Shown: positions 1-9,774 of the stretch, piece by piece
Layout of the letters: each line of letters begins with the position of its first letter
How positions within the stretch are numbered: the stretch's first letter is position 1
Origin: an uncultured Flavobacteriales bacterium
Lineage (GTDB): Bacteria > Bacteroidota > Bacteroidia > AKYH767-A > 2013-40CM-41-45
Length of the DNA: 64,000 nt
Direction: 5' to 3'
Assembly: GCA_964544885.1 (NCBI GenBank)
Contig: CAZJDX010000004.1
Coordinates: forward strand, 33,407 to 97,406
Position numbers and translations under genes: made by a program
Notes under the pieces: model-generated
The model's database searches: none
What the model was told of the DNA's origin: nothing
Seen by the model: only the letters and a program-made list of their open reading frames with translations

Positions 1-1459
1 TGTTCACCGCTTCGATCAAACTTCCCAGTTGATTAGCGAACATGGCAACCAAAATCGCATAGACTCCCCAGAGGATAGTCACCCAGCGGGAAGTACGAAG
101 ATAGTGGTGATCACTCTTCTCTTTTGCTGAAAATCTTCTGATGATATCCACTACCGTAGTTGAGGCCAGCGCGTTCAGTTCTGAAGAAGTTGATGACATG
201 GAGGCTGAAAAGATCACGGCGATAAGCAGCCCGATCAATCCTGCCGGCAGATAATGGGTGACAAAAGAGAGAAATATATAATTGGTATCATTGGTTTCCG
301 ACAAAGGATCATTCTTTTTCATCAGGTCTTTCACCTGAGCCCTCACTTCAGTCATCTGCTCTTCTTTGATCAGAATATTTTTTCCGCTTATTTCCTTCAG
401 GGTTTCATCTCCTGATCTTATGGCATGAGTCAGATCATTCAGATTATCATTTTTGGATCGATGTAACTCACTATATCTCAGATTCAGTTGATGGAAATCC
501 TTAGCAAAGGAACTGTTTGAAATTTTTTGTGTCTCAACTTTGTTAAAGTGAACAGGAGGTTGATGAAACTGATAAAAGACAAAAAGCAATGCGCCAATCA
601 TGAGGATCAGGAATTGCATCGGAATCTTGATGATACCGTTAAACAATAAGCCCAGACGACTCTGACCGATGCTCTTGCCACTCAGGTACCTTCCCACCTG
701 ACTTTGGTCGGTACCAAAGTAGGCGAGGGCCAGGAAAAATCCGCCAATGAGTCCTGACCATATGTTGTACTGGTTCTTCAGGTCAAAATTGAAATCCACC
801 GTGTTTAGCTTGCCCATAGTTCCTGCAATACTGAGCGATTCTCCAAGCGACAGATCATTTGGAATGAGGTGAACTATCATATAGCCAGCAATGAACATAC
901 CCAGGAAAATAACCGCCATCTGTTGGATCTGAGTAATGCTTACCGCCTTCGTCCCACCGGCAACGGTGTAAATCACTACCAGTCCACCCATTACCAGGTT
1001 TGTCCAGTAAATATTCCAACCGAGTATGGATGAAAGAATGATTGAAGGAGCGTAGATGGTCAGTCCGCATGCAAGTCCGCGTTGAATCAGAAAGAGAAAT
1101 GCGGTGAGCGCTCTTGTTTTCAGATCAAAGCGTTGTTCCAGAAATTCATAGGCGGTATAAACTTTTAGTTTGTGAAAGATCGGTACAAAGGTTACGGAAA
1201 GTACGACCATTGCCAACGGTAGTCCAAAGTAAAACTGCACAAAGCGCATTCCGTCCGTGTACGCTTGCCCCGGTGCGGACAGAAAGGTAATGGCGCTTGC
1301 CTGTGTTGCCATAATGGAGATCCCAACGATATACCAGGGCATGGTTTTATCTGCAAGCAGGTAGGAGCGGATATCCTTATTTCCCCTGCTTTTCCAGATT
1401 CCGAAGAAGACAATGAAGAGCAATGTACTTCCCAGTACCAACCAGTCAAGCAGGCTCAT
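1..1459 (-). CDS. Sodium:solute symporter (SSS family), 3'-truncated by the window edge. Start ATG is at 1457-1459 on the minus strand.
   Basis: I translated the minus strand by hand from 1459. It gives MSLLDWLVLGSTLLFIVFFGIWKSRGNKDIRSYLLADKTMPWYIVGISIMATQASAITFLSAPGQAY..., a multi-TM SSS-like permease with no in-frame stop down to position 1. The ORF track omits it because it is incomplete; the listed 855..1070, 1192..1449 and 1265..1483 ORFs are off-frame artefacts. Confidence 0.75.
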   Translation of the reverse strand, partial: MSLLDWLVLGSTLLFIVFFGIWKSRGNKDIRSYLLADKTMPWYIVGISIMATQASAITFLSAPGQAYTDGMRFVQFYFGLPLAMVVLSVTFVPIFHKLKVYTAYEFLEQRFDLKTRALTAFLFLIQRGLACGLTIYAPSIILSSILGWNIYWTNLVMGGLVVIYTVAGGTKAVSITQIQQMAVIFLGMFIAGYMIVHLIPNDLSLGESLSIAGTMGKLNTVDFNFDLKNQYNIWSGLIGGFFLALAYFGTDQSQVGRYLSGKSIGQSRLGLLFNGIIKIPMQFLILMIGALLFVFYQFHQPPVHFNKVETQKISNSSFAKDFHQLNLRYSELHRSKNDNLNDLTHAIRSGDETLKEISGKNILIKEEQMTEVRAQVKDLMKKNDPLSETNDTNYIFLSFVTHYLPAGLIGLLIAVIFSASMSSTSSELNALASTTVVDIIRRFSAKEKSDHHYLRTSRWVTILWGVYAILVAMFANQLGSLIEAVN

Positions 1460-1640
1460 GAAAAGTATAATTTGAAACAGTAAAACAGGATAATGAGAAG
1501 AACTAAATTGGCGATTACGGCAATGTACATTGCTTTCCAAGTCCTGAAGAAGGGTGGCTTTTCGTCATTTCCGTTTTCGTTACCGGCTGTCATAATTTGA
1601 TACGGACAATAAGATGTATATTCATTTATCAAAAGCAGGT

Positions 1641-4130
1641 CTAGTCGTGAACAGGTCTGCCTGCCGACATGAGATTGACAAACAGCCGGTAAGCTCCGGG
1701 AACACCGGCGGGTAACTCTCTGAAGAATGCGATTCCCGTATAAATAAAATGGCCTTTCCCGTACCCCGCATAGATCAGGGATCCTTCAAGTTCTTTTCCG
1801 CCGGGATCGTTCATGGAGAACAATGCTTTGTATTCAGCACCGTAGTCACCGGCAAAATATAATCCTCTTTCCTGTACCCATCCTTTAAAGTCGGATGCTT
1901 TGATACGGTTAGGTTGATTCAGCAGAGGATGTTCCTTTTGCAGAAAGCGGACTTCAGCGTTTTCATCCGTCACTCTTTCGCGTGTGATTTTAAAAGGGTA
2001 TGGTCCTATCTCCGATTTAAGACTACTGATGAAATTATTGGTATTGTATTGAACAAGCAATGTGCCTCCTTCTTTTACAAAGTTCATAAGTCTTGGTTGA
2101 TAGACATTCATCCTTTCATTGGTATTATACAATCGAATTCCGGTGATGATCACATCGAATGCTGACAAGTCGCCATTACTCAGAATGTCATCATCCAATA
2201 CCGTAACATTATAGCCAATCTGTTCCAGACAAACGGGGATGTTATCACCCGCACCTTCAATGTAGGCAACTTTCAGGGGTGGGGTGTTCAGATCCAAATG
2301 ACAAAACCGGCTCCTCACGTCCTGCACCAGTGTTTGTACCGGAATATGTTCATAGTTGATTCTCTCGACAGATTTTGAAATTTTTTCCTTGCCTGTTTCT
2401 ACTTCCGGTTTTATCATTGTTTCGCTGAACTCCGCAGGAGGAGTTACAAGAAATGTGAATTTCTGTTCTTCATTCTTTGATCCGAAGGTGAATGAATGAC
2501 TATCGGGACTAATCGTCCATCCCGGAGCTTTGTTTAATCTGAAGACGCCGGAAGACCCGGATGAATTAGCTCTCAAGGTGTAGGATATTTCCCGGCTTCT
2601 CCCCTCAATAAACATATTTATTTTACCGGCAGGATGAATGCTCACTTCCGGCAATACTTCAAGTGAACGATACAATTCGCCTCTTACGGGATCAACCCAT
2701 TTGTATGAAACGGGGCGGCTGACAAAGAAAGTATCTTTGTCAATCAAAATGGTAAAATCAATATTCAAGGAAGCCTTGCCTTCCGCAACGCCTGTCATTT
2801 GAAGTTCAGGATTTGGGAAAAGGCCTGCATTAGTCCGGGGCTCAAGCCAGTATGGGTTACTGAATGGAAGTTTTTCGGGTACCCTGAATTTTAATTCAGT
2901 CAGAACCGGTTGGTTGAAGCTAAGGTCCTTTTGCGTTGAAATTTTCAATCCGGTTTCTCTGATTTCAACGCTGAGAAATTTACAGGACAAGGGACTCCGG
3001 TGAATGACAGATGCTTTTACGGATAAGGTATCATCTTGCACCACCGAGAAATTATCAGCAATCGCTTCTATGTAAAAACCCCCGCAGGCAAAAATTAATT
3101 CTTCAGTTTCCTTTAATTTTATGGATCTCCAGAAAGGATCTATATCAAGGCTCCGGATGAGGTTTCTTAATCCGAGTAAGGCCGGTATACTTCCTGCCGG
3201 TTCCGCAGGCTTGAATTCGCGAATGATTTTCTCAACCGTTTGACGGATCTCACCGCCGGCTTCAGCTCTGTCCCATGTACACGTTACGCCACTCATCTCG
3301 TCAGTTTCAAACGGCTTTCCGGCGAGAAATTTCAGATAGTCATTCAGTGATCCCCGGCTTCTTGCAGCACCAAAACCCTGACTCTTGTGCATGCTTCGGC
3401 TCTCTGATGCGATCTCACCATAGGATTTTCCCAGCAGACTGTTATAGGTCCCGATATCTACCGGTATTATATCCGGTTTGCCGGCAACATCTTCAGCTTT
3501 TGGCCTGAACATATTAAAGAATATGCGTTGTGCCTGCCAGGTCTTGCAGTACTTAAGCTGGTCGGGAAAAACAGAAGGGTCGGCTGCCGCGCTGAATGCT
3601 TCGAGGCCGGCTATCGCCGAGGCGGTGTGATGACCGTGTCCTCCTTCGCCGGTAACAGGAAATCTGAGAATGATAATATCGGGACGAAAGTTTCTAATTG
3701 TCCAGACAACATCATAGAGAATCGAATCCTTATTCCAGAACTGAAAAGTTTCTTCCGGATTTTTTGAATAGCCGAAATCTATAGCTCTTGTAAAGAATTG
3801 TTCAGCTCCATCAATCCGGCGGGCAGCCAGCAGTTCCTGCGTACGGATAACTCCAAGCAAATCGCCTTGTTCAGTGCCGATCAGGTTCTGTCCTCCATCA
3901 CCCCTGGTGAGTGAAAGATAGGCTGTACTGTATTTTTTCTCATTCGCATAGTATGAAAGCAGTCTTGTATTTTCATCATCCGGATGAGCTGCAATGTATA
4001 ATACAGAGCCAAGTGTATTCAGTTTATGCAGACCGAGAAGGATTTCGGAAGCGGTTCGTGTCCTGTCTTGTGACCTGCCGCTGACAGTGATCAACAACAG
4101 GAAGGATAACAGAAATGAGGTTTTAGTCAT
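1641..4130 (-). CDS. Secreted PIG-L/LmbE-family deacetylase with a C-terminal ThuA/GATase1-like domain.
   Basis: N-terminal signal peptide. It carries the LmbE/PIG-L signature AHPDDEN...TRGDGGQN near the N-terminus, and the C-terminal ~230 aa resemble ThuA-like class I glutamine amidotransferase-like folds. 829 aa. Confidence 0.7.
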   Translation of the reverse strand: MTKTSFLLSFLLLITVSGRSQDRTRTASEILLGLHKLNTLGSVLYIAAHPDDENTRLLSYYANEKKYSTAYLSLTRGDGGQNLIGTEQGDLLGVIRTQELLAARRIDGAEQFFTRAIDFGYSKNPEETFQFWNKDSILYDVVWTIRNFRPDIIILRFPVTGEGGHGHHTASAIAGLEAFSAAADPSVFPDQLKYCKTWQAQRIFFNMFRPKAEDVAGKPDIIPVDIGTYNSLLGKSYGEIASESRSMHKSQGFGAARSRGSLNDYLKFLAGKPFETDEMSGVTCTWDRAEAGGEIRQTVEKIIREFKPAEPAGSIPALLGLRNLIRSLDIDPFWRSIKLKETEELIFACGGFYIEAIADNFSVVQDDTLSVKASVIHRSPLSCKFLSVEIRETGLKISTQKDLSFNQPVLTELKFRVPEKLPFSNPYWLEPRTNAGLFPNPELQMTGVAEGKASLNIDFTILIDKDTFFVSRPVSYKWVDPVRGELYRSLEVLPEVSIHPAGKINMFIEGRSREISYTLRANSSGSSGVFRLNKAPGWTISPDSHSFTFGSKNEEQKFTFLVTPPAEFSETMIKPEVETGKEKISKSVERINYEHIPVQTLVQDVRSRFCHLDLNTPPLKVAYIEGAGDNIPVCLEQIGYNVTVLDDDILSNGDLSAFDVIITGIRLYNTNERMNVYQPRLMNFVKEGGTLLVQYNTNNFISSLKSEIGPYPFKITRERVTDENAEVRFLQKEHPLLNQPNRIKASDFKGWVQERGLYFAGDYGAEYKALFSMNDPGGKELEGSLIYAGYGKGHFIYTGIAFFRELPAGVPGAYRLFVNLMSAGRPVHD

Positions 4131-4253
4131 GGGGAGCGATGTCCCGCAAATATAAGATTTTAAGAATGCAAAACGTCAAATCAGTCACATCCCTGACATC
4201 TTCGTAAAAATGAACAGCGGATCGTCAGTACTTGTCCTAGATCCGTATGTTCC

Positions 4254-6305
4254 TTATTTTTTTATAAAGCGGTTGTTCAGTACCAGGTCTTCACTGACGA
4301 GATGAATAGCATATATGCCTGGTGTTAGAATTCCGACATTCAGCTCATGCCGGATCTGACCTTTATTGATGTAGGATCTGTTTACGATTTGTCCGGACGC
4401 ATTAAATATCAGTATTTCCGCAGCGGAAGACAGGGATTCATTCAGTTGCAGGACGAGGCGATTATCTGCCGGATTCGGGAAAAGACCAAGTTGTGCCGGA
4501 AGTTTCGATGCGGATCCTAATGTGAGTCCATCAATCCTTACCACTTCACTGGTAATGGAATTTACATACCATATTTTTCCATCAGGTCCGATCTTCACGC
4601 CCATTATTCCCGGAGTGCCGGTGCTAATCCTGCCCAGTTCCGTTTCATTAATAATGTCATAAATTATGATATCTCCTGTCCCGTAATCAGAAACGATAAG
4701 ACGGTCTTCGAGAAGATCAATTCCGCTTGGACTATCAAGGGCGCTGTCGGCGAATATGCTCCAAACGGCACCGTCATATCTTGAATACTCCTGAACCGCT
4801 TCATACCAGGCTAAATTAGTGGTAAATGCTCCGGAATTTATGTCCATCTTCAGTATACGGTCATTACCGGTATCAACAATATAGAGCATACCGCTCTCTT
4901 TTTCCAGCACAAGGTGACTTGAAACATGATAGGAGGGATCGCACTGAAGGTTCAGCCCTTCATATCTACGGATAACGGCGTCACTGTGATCGCTGGCGCC
5001 CGGTCCATGATCCTCAGCGAAGTCATAACGGACAACATCGCCTCCGTCTCCATCGTAAACCCAAAATACATTGTCGCGTTCATGACAGATGCCCATACTG
5101 TAAGGACTTTGATGCAGCATATCAATATGACTGCCATTTCCCGCGGATGGTTGAGCATAGATCAAAGGATCGCTTGACCAAAGTGTCGGACCGGTAAAGG
5201 GACTGCCGCCATTGTGATTTGCGTCATAAACACCCGGTGAGGTCGCGAAATTTTCATTGTCACTGAATGCGATCCCTGTGGGAAGTGACATGAAGTGCCA
5301 GGCATTACCATCCTGTTGCAGTAGTGAGGTTTGACCTGGAAGTCCGGCATTGGTGAATTTAACCGTCTCACCACCGCTGTTTTCGGTGCTTTTATTGATA
5401 ACCCATAATTCATAGCGTGAAAGCACTGGATGAAAATCGAGATCTCTCGGAACGCTGACCCCATCGGCAGAATTTCCTATCACAGTAAGTACCGGTGCCA
5501 TTCCAATGTAGTCATCAATAAAATTCGGAATGCCCGGGCCCAGTGTAATTATCTTGAAAGCTGTATCGTTCATGAGATTGCTGTCAGGATTTCCATTGAG
5601 ATTTGATGCCCACACCTGTATCATGTACTCACCCGCGGCGGTATCAGTCCACTGAACCGGATGAACGATCGTCCTTGTTGAAAAGGGAGCGATGTTGAGA
5701 AGATTTACGGATGCGCTTACCACAGGTCCCTGATTAATGCTGTAATGCATATCAAGACTTGTAATGGTATCCAGGCCAAGATTCATAAACCTGGCAGCAA
5801 TATCATTTGAGCCTATGATATTATAGGATTTCAATTCGACGGAACGACAACTGAGGTCAAAGCGTGAAGGTGGATTGGCAATGAAAGTAAGTCGTGAACC
5901 CGGACCATTACCGTTACCGGTAAGCGCAGGATAAACGGGGTAGCCATTGATATCAACCCGGAATATCAGTCCTCCGTCACCATAGTCATCAACATAGATG
6001 ATATCAAAAGTATCTCCCTGCATCACGCACCATGGCCCTTCGCTGATGGTTGTATTATCTGAATATCCTCCTGAAGGACTGTTTTGTTGTCCGCCACCGT
6101 TGCAACCAACGGCGTTGTTTCCACCTGAATCTATGGTTCCGCTTCCGCAACTGTTTCCAAACGGTACCAGTTGCCAGTAGCCTTCATTGCCATATGAATC
6201 AGTTGATATGTGAATTGTCACTTCAACTTCACCCTGTGGACATTGTGCATTCATTTGAATAAAACACAGAAGCAATACAATTACGATAGATAATTTTCTT
6301 TTCAT
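4254..6305 (-). CDS. T9SS C-terminal sorting-domain secreted protein with a beta-propeller-like repeat body.
   Basis: Signal peptide MKRKLSIVIVLLLCFIQMNAQ. The last ~80 aa (LFPNPADNRLVLQLN...GIYAIHLVSED...) match the Por/T9SS type A sorting tail. Confidence 0.75.
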   Translation of the reverse strand: MKRKLSIVIVLLLCFIQMNAQCPQGEVEVTIHISTDSYGNEGYWQLVPFGNSCGSGTIDSGGNNAVGCNGGGQQNSPSGGYSDNTTISEGPWCVMQGDTFDIIYVDDYGDGGLIFRVDINGYPVYPALTGNGNGPGSRLTFIANPPSRFDLSCRSVELKSYNIIGSNDIAARFMNLGLDTITSLDMHYSINQGPVVSASVNLLNIAPFSTRTIVHPVQWTDTAAGEYMIQVWASNLNGNPDSNLMNDTAFKIITLGPGIPNFIDDYIGMAPVLTVIGNSADGVSVPRDLDFHPVLSRYELWVINKSTENSGGETVKFTNAGLPGQTSLLQQDGNAWHFMSLPTGIAFSDNENFATSPGVYDANHNGGSPFTGPTLWSSDPLIYAQPSAGNGSHIDMLHQSPYSMGICHERDNVFWVYDGDGGDVVRYDFAEDHGPGASDHSDAVIRRYEGLNLQCDPSYHVSSHLVLEKESGMLYIVDTGNDRILKMDINSGAFTTNLAWYEAVQEYSRYDGAVWSIFADSALDSPSGIDLLEDRLIVSDYGTGDIIIYDIINETELGRISTGTPGIMGVKIGPDGKIWYVNSITSEVVRIDGLTLGSASKLPAQLGLFPNPADNRLVLQLNESLSSAAEILIFNASGQIVNRSYINKGQIRHELNVGILTPGIYAIHLVSEDLVLNNRFIKK

Positions 6306-7040
6306 CAGGTTCAGATAATATTAATTATGACAATTGGATTTCCTGATGTGCGCTGTTAATCTCATCAGGAGTTTGTAATCTCATTTTATGGTAATGTGTG
6401 GATGAATGGATTCTTGTACAATCCGGCAATTCTTAATTCATCACCATAAATATTGAGCAATTTAACCATTTTTTTAAATTCAGGCAATGCTATGAAAAAG
6501 ATGTTGCTGCAGAAGTTCAGGAATGATATACTTACGGCATAAACAGGCTGCAGAGGCGGATTTCAGGGATGTTTAATACCGGAAATCAACCCCTTTTTTC
6601 TTCGCAAAGTACAATTCCATGTTTTTGTGCCATTTGGTTGCCCCGAGAATAAGTCTGATCAGACTTACAGAGGAATGCTGAATTTTCAATGTGGATAGGA
6701 ACAGGCGGAAACAATCATCAACTTTTGAGGACCTCCCAGGAGGTGGAAAAACAAAAGCTGCAATCACATACTCTACATTCAGAGAATTGATTTTTATGAA
6801 AAGATTCGAAGAGATTATTTCACCTTGAGAAATGATTTTCTCAGTTCCTGAATCCGGAAAGGCTTCAGTTAATTGCTGAAATTTATAACTATGTTATCAG
6901 GGTCCGGATCCAGATAAGATGGTATGGCAAAGTGAAGGTGAAAAATTATTGTTGAGTGCGTCCGCAAGCTTTTATGCACAAGGTTTCTATACACTTCGGT
7001 TTCAGTTCTTTCTGTTTTTTGTTTATTCAAAACATTGCCG

Positions 7041-7080
7041 TAGGTTTGATTCTGTGAATGTAGAATTCGGGATAATTTGT
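7041..7080 (+). promoter_or_regulatory. Candidate Bacteroidota sigma-A promoter for the nuo operon.
   Basis: TAATTTGT at 7073-7080 fits the TAnnTTTG -7 motif, and a TTG lies about 24 bp upstream at 7045-7048. It sits about 80 bp upstream of the nuoA ATG. The spacing is slightly long. Confidence 0.3.
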
Positions 7081-7160
7081 GTTTACATTTGCAGGCCCTG
7101 CAAAGGATTCAATACCTGATCTGGCTATAAGAACGAAAATATCCCTCCAAAACAAAATCG

Positions 7161-7511
7161 ATGGGAGCAGCTTCAATGATTCTTCTGATACTTTGCGGAA
7201 TCGCATTTTCCGCGGGAGGAATTCTTTTATCGAAATTGCTGATCAGAAAATCATATAATCCACAGAAAGGCCAGACTTACGAATGTGGAGTACCTACCAT
7301 TGGTAAATCGTGGATACAGCTCAATGTCGGTTATTATCTTTTCGCTTTACTTTTTCTCATTTTCGATGTTGAACTTGTATTTCTTTATCCATGGGCCGTG
7401 GTAGTGAAGGAAATCGGGTGGCCTGCTCTGGTCGAGATTCTGATTTTCCTGAGTATTCTGTTTCTGGGATTTTTATATGCGCATAAGAAAGGAGCCTTGA
7501 GATGGATGTAA
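7161..7511 (+). CDS. nuoA: NADH-quinone oxidoreductase subunit A.
   Basis: 116 aa, 3 TM helices, conserved ECG...FDVE...YPW motif region. Confidence 0.9.
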   Translation: MGAASMILLILCGIAFSAGGILLSKLLIRKSYNPQKGQTYECGVPTIGKSWIQLNVGYYLFALLFLIFDVELVFLYPWAVVVKEIGWPALVEILIFLSILFLGFLYAHKKGALRWM

Positions 7512-8014
7512 AAAATCAAAGTCAGGGTGTGACGGAATTTCCGGGTCAGGTGCATGAAACTCCCGGAGGTGGTATCCTGGTCAGTAAACTTGATGACGTA
7601 ATAAAATGGGCCAGATCCAATTCGCTCTGGCCTCTGGTATTTGGAACCAGCTGCTGCGCTATCGAGATGATGTCAACGGCCTCGGCGAAATACGATTGGT
7701 CAAGATTTGGATTTGAGGTGGCAAGAGCGACGCCAAGGCAGGCAGATGTGATTATTATTGCCGGAACCATCGTGAATAAAATGGCTCCGGTTTTAAAGAG
7801 GTTGTATGATCAGATGGCGGATCCGAAATACGTGATCGCGATGGGAGCATGTGCTACCTCGGGAGGTCCCTTTTTCTATAATACTTATTCTGTGGTTAAA
7901 GGAGCGGATCATGTAATACCTGTTGACGTATATGTGGCCGGATGTCCGCCAAGACCGGAGGCCTTGCTGCATGCGCTCATAACTTTACAGGAAAAGATCA
8001 GAGGAGAGAAATAA
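7502..8014 (+). CDS. nuoB: NADH-quinone oxidoreductase subunit B.
   Basis: N2 cluster ligand motifs [17 protein letters not shown] and GCPPRPE are present. Confidence 0.95.
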   Translation: MDVKNQSQGVTEFPGQVHETPGGGILVSKLDDVIKWARSNSLWPLVFGTSCCAIEMMSTASAKYDWSRFGFEVARATPRQADVIIIAGTIVNKMAPVLKRLYDQMADPKYVIAMGACATSGGPFFYNTYSVVKGADHVIPVDVYVAGCPPRPEALLHALITLQEKIRGEK

Positions 8015-8038
8015 TGAACCCGGAAATTTACATCAGAG

Positions 8039-8497
8039 GTGATGACGAATGAAGAATTAAAATTAAAATTGACGGACCTCTATCCTGCTTTCATTTTCGA
8101 AGAGGGCGCGGCCTGGCTGACGGCTTCCTTTGAAAGCAAGGATGTACTGAAACTTGCGAAGGAACTGAGTTCAGGTCAGGTTTTTCATTTTGATTTTCTC
8201 TTCTGCCTTACTTGTGTTGACTGGAAAACTCATCTTTCACTGGTTTATCATCTGCGGTCTTTGAAGGACGGGAAGATCATCGTATTGAAGACCAAACTGG
8301 ACCGGTCAGAACCCCTCATCGAAAGTGTTTGTTCGGTCTGGCGTACCGCGGAGTTTCATGAAAGGGAGGCATATGATCTTTTCGGAGTGAAGTTTCAGCA
8401 TCATCCGGATCTGAGACGCTTATTTCTTACTGAAGACTGGAAAGGTTGGCCCTTGCGAAAGGATTATGAGGACAAAGTAAATATGATCAAATTATAA
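8039..8497 (+). CDS. nuoC: NADH-quinone oxidoreductase subunit C (30 kDa), not fused to NuoD.
   Basis: Conserved EREAYDLFGVKF...DLRRL region. Confidence 0.9.
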   Translation: MMTNEELKLKLTDLYPAFIFEEGAAWLTASFESKDVLKLAKELSSGQVFHFDFLFCLTCVDWKTHLSLVYHLRSLKDGKIIVLKTKLDRSEPLIESVCSVWRTAEFHEREAYDLFGVKFQHHPDLRRLFLTEDWKGWPLRKDYEDKVNMIKL

Positions 8498-8545
8498 ATC
8501 ATCAGTTAAATACCTGAGTGCCCTGGCCGCTATGTCAGCCTTTAA

Positions 8546-9673
8546 ATGAATAGCCTGATGCTGGAAGAAGTTGGAACAAATACAGACGGTGACCTGGTCA
8601 TAAATGTCGGACCGCAACATCCTTCAACCCATGGAGTATTGCACCTTGTCATTACTCTTGACGGAGAAATTGTGAAAAAGGTTGAACCGCATCTTGGCTA
8701 TATACACCGGTCGATTGAGAAGATGTGTGAAAGTCTGAGTTACCGGCAGTTCATCTATGTTACTTCCAGGATGGATTACCTGTCTTCTCACATTAATAAC
8801 CTGGGTTGCGCTCTTGCCGTCGAGCAAGGATTGCAGGTTGAGGTTCCCGCGCGTGCACAGGTGATTCGTGTTTTGCTGAGTGAGCTCACAAGACTTGCCT
8901 CTCACCAGCTTTGGTGGGGAGCCATGGCTATGGATGTCGGAGCAATCACCCCATTCTTTCATGCATTCCGGGAGAGGGAGATGATCAATGATATTATGGA
9001 AGAGACCTGCGGAGCAAGACTTACCATGAATTATATGGTTCCGGGAGGAGTCATGTTCGATCTGCACCCGAATTTTGTTCCGAAGGTTAAAGAGTTCATT
9101 AAGTATTTCAGTTCCAAGTTTGATGAGTATCATGATCTGGTTACAGGAAATATCATATTCCAGGAACGTACCAAAGGTGTAGGATACATTTCAGCGGAGG
9201 ACGCGGTATCTTTTGGTTGTACAGGACCGGTTGCCCGGGCTTCCGGCGTGAAATGCGACATCAGAAAATACAAACCTTACGATGCTTATGCTTCGGTAAA
9301 CTTTGATGAAGTACTGGAATACTCAGGAGATGCCTTTGGGCGATACCTGGTTCGAATGGGGGAAATGAAACAAAGCCTTTCGATCATTGAACAATTAATA
9401 GATAACATACCGGAAGGAGAATTTCAGGCCAAGACAAAGGCTGTTCTGAAACTGCCAAAGGGAGAGTATTATTCGATGGTTGAAACGGCAAGAGGGGAGT
9501 TTGGGGTTTATATCATTAGTGAAGGTGGACTTACTCCTTACAGGATCAAGTTTAGGTCTCCCGGTTTCTCAAACCTTTCGGCACTTGACCATATGGCAAG
9601 AGGAGCAAAGATCGGAGATCTTGTCGCGATCATGGGTACACTGGATCTTGTGATTCCTGACATTGACAGATGA
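8546..9673 (+). CDS. nuoD: NADH-quinone oxidoreductase subunit D (49 kDa).
   Basis: 375 aa with the typical NuoD N-terminus (GPQHPSTHGVL) and C-terminal ...DIDR. Confidence 0.95.
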   Translation: MNSLMLEEVGTNTDGDLVINVGPQHPSTHGVLHLVITLDGEIVKKVEPHLGYIHRSIEKMCESLSYRQFIYVTSRMDYLSSHINNLGCALAVEQGLQVEVPARAQVIRVLLSELTRLASHQLWWGAMAMDVGAITPFFHAFREREMINDIMEETCGARLTMNYMVPGGVMFDLHPNFVPKVKEFIKYFSSKFDEYHDLVTGNIIFQERTKGVGYISAEDAVSFGCTGPVARASGVKCDIRKYKPYDAYASVNFDEVLEYSGDAFGRYLVRMGEMKQSLSIIEQLIDNIPEGEFQAKTKAVLKLPKGEYYSMVETARGEFGVYIISEGGLTPYRIKFRSPGFSNLSALDHMARGAKIGDLVAIMGTLDLVIPDIDR

Positions 9674-9774
9674 AGATTAATCCGGAAAAAGAATGATTGG
9701 AAAATCAGGAGATCGAACCTGAGTCCGCTAAACAGAATTGAAGATATGGTTCAATCATCAGATGCAGTAAACGT

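Noticed and set aside
855-1483. Three short ORFs (855..1070 -, 1192..1449 -, 1265..1483 +) from the six-frame track.
   Set aside because: They lie inside or antisense to the hand-translated SSS symporter reading frame (1..1459, minus) and are compositionally implausible: Cys/Trp-rich and lacking motifs.
6493-6543. 16-codon mini-ORF (MKKMLLQKFRNDILTA) in the nuo upstream gap.
   Set aside because: It is too short and has no RBS or promoter context to support it. It is mentioned only as a possible leader peptide.
8624-9133. 169-aa antisense ORF inside nuoD, and similar antisense or overlapping ORFs inside nuoL (12877..13380), nuoM/N, the ABC ATPase (43743..44207) and darB (54730..55131).
   Set aside because: They lie entirely within well-supported conserved genes on the opposite strand or in another frame. 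They have no motifs and look like typical frame shadows.
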